A DNA stretch of 40,032 nucleotides. Origin: a phage. The stretch lies in sequence record PZ490076.1. One strand, 5' to 3'. This document shows positions 9,001-16,597 of the stretch, in pieces. Position 1 is the first letter of the stretch; each line of letters begins with the position of its first letter. The notes beneath the pieces were generated by a model. That model was not told the origin of the DNA, did no database searches, and was given only the letters and a program-made list of their open reading frames with translations. The position numbers and the translations under genes are program-made.

Positions 9001-9226
9001 TTCCAGTCTGACGGTGAATACGAACGATGTCGAAACCTGATTGGTCAACCAACATCTCAATCATCGTTGGATTAAGGAATCGGTAATCTCGACCAACTTC
9101 CAGTACACGGTTCAGGGTAGGGTTAGAGCTATTCACCAGCGTAACAACAACAAACGTTCTGGCTAGGTAGTCGAACTCAATCCTGTACTGAGTGTTTCCT
9201 GAAGGGAATTGTGTAATCGTGGACAT
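6032..9226 (-). CDS. Tailspike with endosialidase (endo-N-acetylneuraminidase) catalytic domain and C-terminal intramolecular chaperone domain, 1064 aa (gene 17 position)
   Basis: N-terminus resembles the T7 gp17 particle-binding domain (EFDYLARTFVVVTL...DLVVDFRNGSVLTASDL); two sialidase Asp-box motifs (SGDDGQTW, SRDIGQTW); C-terminal chaperone-like tail; length equals the K1F endoNF length as I recall it. Confidence 0.85.
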   Translation of the reverse strand: MSTITQFPSGNTQYRIEFDYLARTFVVVTLVNSSNPTLNRVLEVGRDYRFLNPTMIEMLVDQSGFDIVRIHRQTGTDLVVDFRNGSVLTASDLTNSELQAIHIAEEGRDQTVDLAKEYADAASSSAGNAKDSEDEARRIAESIREAGLIGYITRRSFEKGYNVTTWSEVLLWEEDGDYYRWDGTLPKNVPAGSTPETSGGIGLGAWVSVGDAALRSQISNPEGAILYPELHRARWLDEKDVRGWGAKGDGVTDDTAALTSALNDTPVGQRLNGNGKTYKVTSLPDISRFINTRFVYERIPGQPLYYVSEEFVQGELFKITDTPYYNAWPQDKAFVYENVIYAPYMGSDRHGVSRLHVSWVKSGDDGQTWSTPEWLTDLHPDYPTVNYHCMSMGVCRNRLFAMIETRTLAKNALTNCALWDRPMSRSLHLTGGITKAANQRYATIHVPDHGLFVGDFVNFSNSAVTGVSGDMKVATVIDKDNFTVLTPNQQDSDLNNAGKNWHMGTSFHKSPWRKTDLGLIPRVTKVHSFSAIDNNGFVMGYHQGDVAPREVGLFYFPNAFDNPANYVRRQIPSEYESDASEPCIKYYDGVLYLITRGTRSDRLGSSLHRSRDIGQTWESLRFPHNVHHTTLPFAKVGDDLIMFGSERAENEWEAGAPDDRYKASYPRTFYARLNVNNWNADGIEWVNITDQIYQGGIVNSGVGVGSVVVKDSYIYYMFGGEDHFNPWAYGDNSAKDPFKSDGHPSDLYCYKMKIGPDNRVSRDFRYGAVPNRAVPVFFDTNGIRTVPAPMEFTGDLGLGHVTIRASTSRNIRSEVLMEGEYGFIGKSIPTDNPAGQRIIFCGGEGTSATTGAQITLYGANNTDSRRIVYNGDEHLFQSADVKPYNDNVTALGGPRNRFTTAYLGSNPIVTSNGERKTEPVVFDDAFLDAWSDVHYIMYQWLDAVQLKGNDARIHFGVIAQQIRDVFIAHGLMDENSTNCRYAVLCYDKYPRMTDTVFSHNEIIEHTDEEGNVTTTEEPVYTEVVIHEEGEEWGVRPDGIFFAEAAYQRRKLERIEARLSALEQK

Positions 9227-9273
9227 TATGCCTCCTGTTATGAATTAAAAGGAGACCTATGGTAGCGCCTCCA

Positions 9274-9296
9274 GTTTCCTATAGTGATAGTTTAGT
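9274..9296 (-). promoter_or_regulatory. Phage RNAP promoter (phi17-like) upstream of the tailspike gene
   Basis: Minus strand GGACTAAACTATCACTATAGGAAACTGG; the gp16 TAA stop codon lies inside the promoter. Confidence 0.7.
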
Positions 9297-12200
9297 CCTT
9301 GATGTGGATACCTTGTTCCTCAAACGTTCCCAGTAGCAACTTCTGAGTAATCGGGTCGTTAGGAACTAGTTCACGGAACGTATTATACATCCCGGTCATG
9401 TAGTCACGCTCGTTGACGCGAGTATCAGCCTTGAGGTAGCCAGCCAGGTTGTAAGCAGAAACGCCAACGTTAGCAGCATATCCGAAAGCTGGAACCTGCT
9501 CCAAGAAGTTACCAACAACATTCATCACAGGGTCACTTGTAGCTGCACCAAACGTGATGGCACGTTCAGGCTTCTCTGTAGGCGAACGAGGTAGGATAGA
9601 CGAACGGAGCATCTTAGTGTCCTCATACCCAGCTATACCCCCAAGAAGGTTAGCTACCCCAAGTGGTCCACCAAGGTGTGAACTACGTGATAGAGCTGCA
9701 TATCCAATCATCGTCGGATCTAGAGCTTGCTTGAGGTAGTCACGGTCTCGACCATCCTGCATAGCGTAAGCCTTGACATGAGCCTGAGCCATGTAGTAGA
9801 TACCAGCAAGACCCATAGACATCACAGTGGACAGGGCAGCGTCCATCGCTCGGTTGTTCTTCGTGGCGTTATAGAAGGTACGCATGGTTCGCCCATTGAT
9901 GGACTTGATGACGAAGTTCTTAAACTGAAGGACAGTCTTAGCGATAGGACCATAAGCCTTGGCGTCCATGTTGGACAGCTTATGAGGACGGAGTAACGTT
10001 TCGTCAGCGATGGTATCACCCATACGCCACAGGTCCATAGCCCTTGGGTCCTGACTGAACGCCTTCTTATCCTTGATGGTGTACTTCCCGTCTGGACCAC
10101 GAGTCACTGACTCACGGATGAGGGACTTAATGCCCTTCCACTGCTCGTCAGAGATACCAGCGGTCTTAAGCCAGCGGTCATCGAACTTACGCTTACTACC
10201 AGTCAGGCTATGCTCCACGATGTCAGACAGGAAGCCTTGACGTCCAGCATCTAACAGGTAGTTGGTCGTACCGTTGAGGACTTTAGTGAACGGAGAGCGT
10301 ACTGCAAGTTCGCCAGTGTAATACTTGGCAGTCCCCAGAGCTGTAGCTGTACCACGACCGAGGTCACTGTAAGATCGCAGACGGTCAATGACATCCTGTT
10401 TAGACGGACGGATTGAGTCATCAAGTTCCTTACCGAAGATAACATTGTGCAGGTCCTTAATCTCTGAGGCCCCAACCTTCTTGTTACGGAAGGCTAGGTC
10501 ACGGAAAATTGGGACTCCATGCAGCATTGCACGAACGTTGCCACGAGCCAGCATACCACCAATCTCCGTTAAGTTCTGAACACCCATGTAGGCATTCTTA
10601 GCGAAGAACGATAGGTCTGTCATTGTGCGCATCACGGTAGCGAAGGCTGCATCATCAGCACCATCACGTCGAGAACGACCAGTTAGAATCTTCAAGGTGT
10701 CACGTAAGGTAGATACTTCACCTTTCAACTTACCGTCATCCCCAGCCTTGTTCATCATGGTCTCAACCAAGTCCTTCATGTCCTTCGTGGTCTTTCCTGT
10801 ACCAGCCATGATAGCAATATCGCCATTAACTCGACGGTTGTAGGCTGGAAGAATCTTATCCATGTCGTACTCACGCAGCTTGTTTACACTGAAGGTCTCA
10901 CCATTAGGCAGGGTAATCTCCACGTCATTATCAAACAGGTTACGAGCCTCAAGGAAGTTGTTATTCTCCAGACCTACCAGACCGTTGATGTTCTCTTCCA
11001 TTACTGATGAACGTTCGAACTGCTCTGTATGGGAGATACCGTAAGCCTTATCGTTGGCGTACTTATCGACTGCCTTAGCCAGCTCCTCAGGAGTCATCTT
11101 AGGGTTCTCAGCCAGTAATGCATCTTCCAGTCTCTGCTTGACGTGTGGACGTGATGCATATCCTGCCAGCCATGACTGTTTGATAGCATTCTGGAGACCT
11201 TCAGCCCCACCAAGCATCTCAGTGTACATCTGCTTCATCTTACTGCTGTAGACGACAGGTACATAAGACCCTTTGAAGCGACTTCCTGGGAAGATGTTCA
11301 CAGCCTTATGGTTCCCGAACATTGCAGGGTTCTCCATCATCTCACGCTTAGAGTCCAGAACTTGCTTCATAATGTCGTGGACCTTAAGCTCTTTAGATGT
11401 AAGCTGAGCTTTAAGCTGACCTGAGGTGTCCTCGATAGCAAGAGTTACACGTTCATAGACGTCCACACGCTGAGCTGAGCGGTCACGCCAGAACTTAAGG
11501 GAATGCAACGGGTCTTCCAGAGCTTCTGTTATAGCGTCATTCAAGTCGTTGTACGCCCTGTGGTCGATGGCACGAAGGCGCTCGAACGTATCCGAAGATG
11601 TGGTCCCGATTTTGCCTGAGGCCCCTGACTGCATACCAGTTGGTGAACGCACTAAGTCAGCTGCAAGTCCACGAATCTCAGGGTTCTCTGACCGAAGCAG
11701 CTTCATGCCAATCTCAGTCAGCCCACCAAGGTTCACACCAGCAGCGGCACGTTCAGGATCAATCACTTCGTCAAAGACCTTACGTGTCTTAGGGTTCAGA
11801 GGGTTCTCACCAATCAGGATTGAACCATCCTCCAGTCGTACACTACCCGGCTCATTCGGAACGTCAGCGAACTTAACGCCTTGATGACTAAAGGTCTCCT
11901 CACCTTCTTGAATAGGTAGACGAGACAGGTCCTGACCATCAACGTTACGGGCTGTCTCACGAGCTTCCAGACGTGTGGCTGGTCCAGCGAACTCGTTAGT
12001 GTTACGCCCTAAGGCTCTGCCTAAACCATCAGCGATAGCAGTCATACCTCCGCCGAAGAGAGCACCGCCAAGGATAGCCTCAGCCACATGAGCATCGCCA
12101 CCAGCCACTGAGGTACGGGACATCTCTGATACACCAGCAAGTGCTCCAGATTGAGCAGCCACGGTGAACATCTTGTTGACCAGCTTGCCACCCTTACCAA

Positions 12201-13179
12201 TCTGCCCAGCGATAGGAACGTAGGTCAGAGGATCCACACCAGCGCCAATCACACCAGCAGCTAGCTGAGCACCAGTCCCAGCCTTGGCCTTCTCTTGGTC
12301 CAACTTCTGGTTCTCAAGCGCCAAGTTAATAAGCTCGGTCAGGTTCTGAGGGGAGCCACCAGTAATGACACCGTAATACTGAGGGAGAACTCCAGCGTTA
12401 CGAATCTGGTCCAGCTCCTCACGAGACCACTTATGGTTGTTCCAGCGGGTAGGGTTGAACACATCGCCAATGACATCAAGTGAGTCCTCGGTCTGACCAG
12501 CGCGGATAGCCATGCCGACCATAGAGTTCTTCACTTCAGCTTCTGTAGCCGCACCGAAACCGAACCACGTAGAGCGATCCTCTCGTTCCTGCATGGTCTC
12601 GCCAGTAGACTTATAGAACATCTCACCGAACGATTCGTTGGGAGCTTCAGGTGCTTGACCCTCAATGTTTAGACCAGCAGCGGTCGGAAGGTTCTCGCCC
12701 AGAGCTACTTTAGGTTTAGCCTTGAGTCCTTCCGTGAGTGCGTCAAATACGTTAGCGCTTACTGGTGGAGTCTTTGGGCTAATGCCATTGAGTGCTCGCG
12801 CGACTCCCTTCTGATAGACTTCAGGGTCGTACCGGGAGCCTGTCTCATGGAAGCTGATAGCTTGAGCCAGAGAAGACAGGGTGTCAGGGTCCGATAGGTC
12901 GAGACTCTGGGTAGCTGGAATACCAGTTGCAGCCACCACTGAGTCGATATAAGCCTTAGTTTCGTTCTCGTTAGGAGGTGCCCATCGGTTGATAATCTTC
13001 TCGATGGAGTCATAACCTTGGCGACCGTAGGACAGCAGGTTTTTACCTAAAGCTCGGACGCCAGACTCTGGACTATCGAAGGTGACGAATGAGCCATCAT
13101 CTCCAGTCATTCCTTCCCATTGGTCCTTACTTACCCGGATGTTACCCGGATTGTTATTGCGAATACCACGAGTCGCCAT
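9292..13179 (-). CDS. Internal virion protein D (T7 gp16 homolog), 1295 aa, with a divergent N-terminal domain
   Basis: Extensive collinear similarity to T7 gp16 over most of the length (e.g. RLEARETARN, SPTGMQSGASGK, MENPAIFGN, DKAYGISH, RRVNGDIAIM, LSRSS.LG.PL); the first ~130 aa (MATRGIRNNNPGNIR...) do not resemble the T7 lytic transglycosylase motif. Confidence 0.95.
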   Translation of the reverse strand: MATRGIRNNNPGNIRVSKDQWEGMTGDDGSFVTFDSPESGVRALGKNLLSYGRQGYDSIEKIINRWAPPNENETKAYIDSVVAATGIPATQSLDLSDPDTLSSLAQAISFHETGSRYDPEVYQKGVARALNGISPKTPPVSANVFDALTEGLKAKPKVALGENLPTAAGLNIEGQAPEAPNESFGEMFYKSTGETMQEREDRSTWFGFGAATEAEVKNSMVGMAIRAGQTEDSLDVIGDVFNPTRWNNHKWSREELDQIRNAGVLPQYYGVITGGSPQNLTELINLALENQKLDQEKAKAGTGAQLAAGVIGAGVDPLTYVPIAGQIGKGGKLVNKMFTVAAQSGALAGVSEMSRTSVAGGDAHVAEAILGGALFGGGMTAIADGLGRALGRNTNEFAGPATRLEARETARNVDGQDLSRLPIQEGEETFSHQGVKFADVPNEPGSVRLEDGSILIGENPLNPKTRKVFDEVIDPERAAAGVNLGGLTEIGMKLLRSENPEIRGLAADLVRSPTGMQSGASGKIGTTSSDTFERLRAIDHRAYNDLNDAITEALEDPLHSLKFWRDRSAQRVDVYERVTLAIEDTSGQLKAQLTSKELKVHDIMKQVLDSKREMMENPAMFGNHKAVNIFPGSRFKGSYVPVVYSSKMKQMYTEMLGGAEGLQNAIKQSWLAGYASRPHVKQRLEDALLAENPKMTPEELAKAVDKYANDKAYGISHTEQFERSSVMEENINGLVGLENNNFLEARNLFDNDVEITLPNGETFSVNKLREYDMDKILPAYNRRVNGDIAIMAGTGKTTKDMKDLVETMMNKAGDDGKLKGEVSTLRDTLKILTGRSRRDGADDAAFATVMRTMTDLSFFAKNAYMGVQNLTEIGGMLARGNVRAMLHGVPIFRDLAFRNKKVGASEIKDLHNVIFGKELDDSIRPSKQDVIDRLRSYSDLGRGTATALGTAKYYTGELAVRSPFTKVLNGTTNYLLDAGRQGFLSDIVEHSLTGSKRKFDDRWLKTAGISDEQWKGIKSLIRESVTRGPDGKYTIKDKKAFSQDPRAMDLWRMGDTIADETLLRPHKLSNMDAKAYGPIAKTVLQFKNFVIKSINGRTMRTFYNATKNNRAMDAALSTVMSMGLAGIYYMAQAHVKAYAMQDGRDRDYLKQALDPTMIGYAALSRSSHLGGPLGVANLLGGIAGYEDTKMLRSSILPRSPTEKPERAITFGAATSDPVMNVVGNFLEQVPAFGYAANVGVSAYNLAGYLKADTRVNERDYMTGMYNTFRELVPNDPITQKLLLGTFEEQGIHIKD

Positions 13180-13184
13180 TATTA

Positions 13185-15467
13185 TTACTCCTTACCGATT
13201 AAGGTGTTTGCGATACCCTCCAGTGAGACGTCATTATACATCCCACCGCGCTTCTCGATGTTGGCCTCTCGGTCAGCTCGACGTTTGTCACCAGCAGCTT
13301 TAGTCCCGACGATACGCGCTCGCTTGTTAGCGTCACGTTCTGCCTGAGCGTATGCGGCATCTTGTGCCTTCTGCTGTTGTTCGCGGTAGAGTTTACCTAC
13401 AAGTTCTTTATCGTAGCGAATACGAATAGTCCCCGTAGCGTCTTGGAGGAAGATAGAGCCGTTCTGTTCAACAACGGACAACTGAGAGTTCACTACCCAA
13501 GGGTTGGCCTTAATGAGCTGCTTACGAGCGGTGTCGATAATGTCTCGACCAACCTGCCACGACTCTGGGTTATCCCCGACCATAAGCTGGTGCTTGGACA
13601 CCATGCCGATTGACTTACCATCAGAACCTTCAGACTGGAACGTTACGGTGTTCTCATTCAGCCAGCGTTGAGTCTGCTGAGTTGCAGCGTCAGCGTTACC
13701 TGTACGATAGTACCATGAGTCCCAGACCTTACGAGCACTTGCGTCCAGAGACGTAGGAAGACGCGAAAGGTCCTTATTCCGAGAGTCGTTCTTCAACTCC
13801 TGCCACGCCTTGTCTGACTCAATGCGCATCTCACGGCTTTGACTTGCAGCTTGCTTATCAGCTTCAATCATCGTCTGAGGGTCCAGACCCATCTTGTCCA
13901 TCTGGTCGAACGTAGAGAACAACTGAGCTTGGTCAGGATACAGAGCAGCAAAACTTGAAGGGTCCTGAGTGTAAGCACGACGAAGAGACTCGAAGCGTTG
14001 CATCTTGTCTGGGTCGTACTGTCCACGGATGACCGCAGCCTGCCACTCACCAGCAGCGTCCTGAGTAAGAGTCTGGAAGGCATTACGGAACGGACCGTTG
14101 TTAGTGTCAGCCCTTAACAATGCAACCTTCTGGGCGTCCTTAGAAGCCTCAGGGATGTCCATCTGGTCAATCTGCTGTAGCTTAGCAGACGCATAGTTGT
14201 TCATGTCTGAACGCTTGAACTCTCCTGTAGCTTCAGAGACCGGAAGGTCCTCATAGCTGGTTGACACGTTGTCCCCAGCCAGACGTCGCTGATACACTTG
14301 GTCGATGACAAGTTGCTTGTTCTGGGTCTGGATTAACTTAGTGTTCTCCTTAGCCTGTTCAGCGGACTTACGCTTGACCGCTTCCAGCAAGCTGGCTTCG
14401 GCATTAATAAGCATCTGACGCTGAGGCGTTAGTTCTTCACCCGGCTGAAGCAGGTTGTTCTGCTCCTTGAGTTTCTGAATCTGGGCAAGGCCGATGGTGG
14501 GGTCGTCCTGAAGAATCGCAGACTGAACGCCTAACGCTAAGTCTTCCTGATACTTAGCCACCAGCTTGTACTCAGTTCCTTGTGCCTCGACAATAGCAGC
14601 GTTGAAGACATCAGGTCCTACAATCTCTTCGACTGTAGCATCCACGCCGTTAAGGGTGATTCGCTCGCCTCGTACTTGCTGTAGGAAGGTTGAGCCGCCT
14701 GACTTCTGGATTGCGTCACGGACCGTCTGGGTAATGACCTCCCGCGCTCGCTGGTCCGAGGGGATAGCAGCAGTAGTCAGTCCATCACGAAGGTAGGCCA
14801 TGAATGTCTTGCCAGACTCGGGTGAACGCATCAGGTCGCCATCGTTCAGGAATGAGTTCATCTCAATACGAGTGTTCAACATTGCTGTCTCTTCAGACTG
14901 CTTGCTGAAATACTTATTGAAAGACCCATAGATAGCGATGTTGCGGTCTGTGATGTTATCGTTGAACCCACGCTGGAAGAACTCGTCGGTAGGGTTGATA
15001 CCAGCCTCTTCAGCATAGGACTTAGCGGCGTCCTGAAGTCGCTGGTGGCGATACTCTTCCATGTCCTGACGTGTACGGAACTCACCGTTCTGAATCTTAA
15101 CGTTAATCTCGTCATCCACCGCAAAGGCAGCGTTACGACCTGTCTTGACTCGAAGTGCTTCCATAGCGTAAGGGTCGTCCTGATACAGCAGTGTACCGTT
15201 CTGGATAGCCTCACGTCTTTGCTGAGGTGTCAGCTTACGGATAATCTCGTTAGACCGCTCGTCGGCCCGTGTCTTCTCCTCGTCCTTGAACTGCTTGTAC
15301 AATCCAGTCCCGGACTCAACGAAGTTGGTTAACGCACGAGCCAGACCGGAGTCCCCAGTCGGAGCCTGAACGCTGGCTGCTTGATAGTTTACGGCGATAG
15401 CTTTACCCGGCGCTCTGCCACGACCCATAGTACGATTAGCCAGAGCTGATTCAATATTACTAGCCAT
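13185..15467 (-). CDS. Internal virion protein C (T7 gp15 homolog), 760 aa
   Basis: Similarity to T7 gp15 (ADERSNEIIRKLTPQQRREAIQNGTLLYQDDPYAMEALRVKTGRNAA). Confidence 0.9.
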   Translation of the reverse strand: MASNIESALANRTMGRGRAPGKAIAVNYQAASVQAPTGDSGLARALTNFVESGTGLYKQFKDEEKTRADERSNEIIRKLTPQQRREAIQNGTLLYQDDPYAMEALRVKTGRNAAFAVDDEINVKIQNGEFRTRQDMEEYRHQRLQDAAKSYAEEAGINPTDEFFQRGFNDNITDRNIAIYGSFNKYFSKQSEETAMLNTRIEMNSFLNDGDLMRSPESGKTFMAYLRDGLTTAAIPSDQRAREVITQTVRDAIQKSGGSTFLQQVRGERITLNGVDATVEEIVGPDVFNAAIVEAQGTEYKLVAKYQEDLALGVQSAILQDDPTIGLAQIQKLKEQNNLLQPGEELTPQRQMLINAEASLLEAVKRKSAEQAKENTKLIQTQNKQLVIDQVYQRRLAGDNVSTSYEDLPVSEATGEFKRSDMNNYASAKLQQIDQMDIPEASKDAQKVALLRADTNNGPFRNAFQTLTQDAAGEWQAAVIRGQYDPDKMQRFESLRRAYTQDPSSFAALYPDQAQLFSTFDQMDKMGLDPQTMIEADKQAASQSREMRIESDKAWQELKNDSRNKDLSRLPTSLDASARKVWDSWYYRTGNADAATQQTQRWLNENTVTFQSEGSDGKSIGMVSKHQLMVGDNPESWQVGRDIIDTARKQLIKANPWVVNSQLSVVEQNGSIFLQDATGTIRIRYDKELVGKLYREQQQKAQDAAYAQAERDANKRARIVGTKAAGDKRRADREANIEKRGGMYNDVSLEGIANTLIGKE

Positions 15468-15478
15468 TAGTCCTCCTC

Positions 15479-16066
15479 TTAGCTATGACCTGTAGGTGTG
15501 CCTTTAGAAGCACTAATTGGTGCAGCACCGCCAGAGCTGGACGCTCCAGAGATTGACTTACCAGCGGCGTAACCTTGCATCCCGGCGCTAGCAACATTAA
15601 GTGCATGGGCCAGTGGGCTGGTCTTGATGATTTTACCTTGACCACGGATAGCAGACTTGGTGTTCTCAATGTTGGCGATACGGTTCCCGAAGATAGCCGC
15701 ATAGTCGCGGTTGTAACTTTCGGTAATCCCTGCCCGCTCTTTGACGGTATCTCCTTCTACCTGACGTTCAATCCTGTCCATAGAGTTACCTTCCAGACCG
15801 GACTCAGCCACCGCAGCTCTGACCATACCCTGATTGCGGATACCGTTGAGCGTTGTCTCTGTCAGTTCAGCCATCTGCTGCTCCTTCAGGTCTCGCTCCT
15901 GCATCTTCAGGTTGGCGTCAGAGTAGTTCATCTGCTTAACCATTTCCTGAGCCTGTCGGTTCTGAGCGTCAATTGCTGCACCTTCGGCCTTGGCCTGCTG
16001 GGATGCGGACATAGTGGCCCCGGCTACAGACAGTACACCCATGCCTATGCTAATTGGCTCGCACAT
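15479..16066 (-). CDS. Internal virion protein B (T7 gp14 homolog), 195 aa
   Basis: Similarity to T7 gp14 (N-terminal MC..., LEGNSMDRIERQVEGD, NYRRDYAAIF). Confidence 0.8.
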   Translation of the reverse strand: MCEPISIGMGVLSVAGATMSASQQAKAEGAAIDAQNRQAQEMVKQMNYSDANLKMQERDLKEQQMAELTETTLNGIRNQGMVRAAVAESGLEGNSMDRIERQVEGDTVKERAGITESYNRDYAAIFGNRIANIENTKSAIRGQGKIIKTSPLAHALNVASAGMQGYAAGKSISGASSSGGAAPISASKGTPTGHS

Positions 16067-16521
16067 ACGTCCTCCTTAGAGATAGTGAATAGTTGAAAAC
16101 GCTCACCAGTTACCGGGCTGATAGTCCAATCATCATGGAACTTAGCCCCAAGCAACTTCAAGAATTTAATGTGAGACTTATTGCCTGACCACACGTAGTT
16201 CCAGATGGTCCCGTATTGGTCTAACATTAAGTCCCTGTACTCAGAGATACGCTTTATGAACTCTCGCTTCTCTTTAGGTCTCAGCTTATAGACCAGACCG
16301 GAAGTCAAGAACCATACGTTATCCCCTTGGTTCCCACCATAGGCAAACACTTCTCCTACACCGTTCGTTAAAACCACAGATGACGGAGATAGGTGCTTAA
16401 GCAGTCTTTCAGAGAGACCAACGGTTGACCCGTAGTTTGCTTTGCACTCATTAACATCATCTGCTGAAAGATGCCACAGAAAGTAGTGGACATCCGGTTC
16501 CGTAGCCTTGCGAATATACAT
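16045..16521 (-). CDS. Internal virion protein A candidate (T7 gp13 position), 158 aa
   Basis: Position between gp12 and gp14; AAGGAG RBS 7 nt upstream; sequence homology not verified from memory. Confidence 0.55.
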   Translation of the reverse strand: MYIRKATEPDVHYFLWHLSADDVNECKANYGSTVGLSERLLKHLSPSSVVLTNGVGEVFAYGGNQGDNVWFLTSGLVYKLRPKEKREFIKRISEYRDLMLDQYGTIWNYVWSGNKSHIKFLKLLGAKFHDDWTISPVTGERFQLFTISKEDVCASQLA

Positions 16522-16540
16522 AAAGTCTCCTTATAACCTT

Positions 16541-16590
16541 AAGGGCCTATAGTCCCTATAGTGATAGTTAAGGTAAATCTATAGGCCCTT
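16541..16590 (-). promoter_or_regulatory. Perfect 12-bp inverted repeat (AAGGGCCTATAG / CTATAGGCCCTT) enclosing the phi13-like promoter; candidate RNA hairpin / RNase III site (T7 R13 position)
   Basis: Plus strand 16541-16552 aagggcctatag and 16579-16590 ctataggccctt are exact reverse complements with a 26-nt loop. Confidence 0.4.
16551..16573 (-). promoter_or_regulatory. Phage RNAP promoter (phi13-like)
   Basis: Minus strand CCTTAACTATCACTATAGGGACTATAGG. Confidence 0.65.
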
Positions 16591-16597
16591 CAATAAG

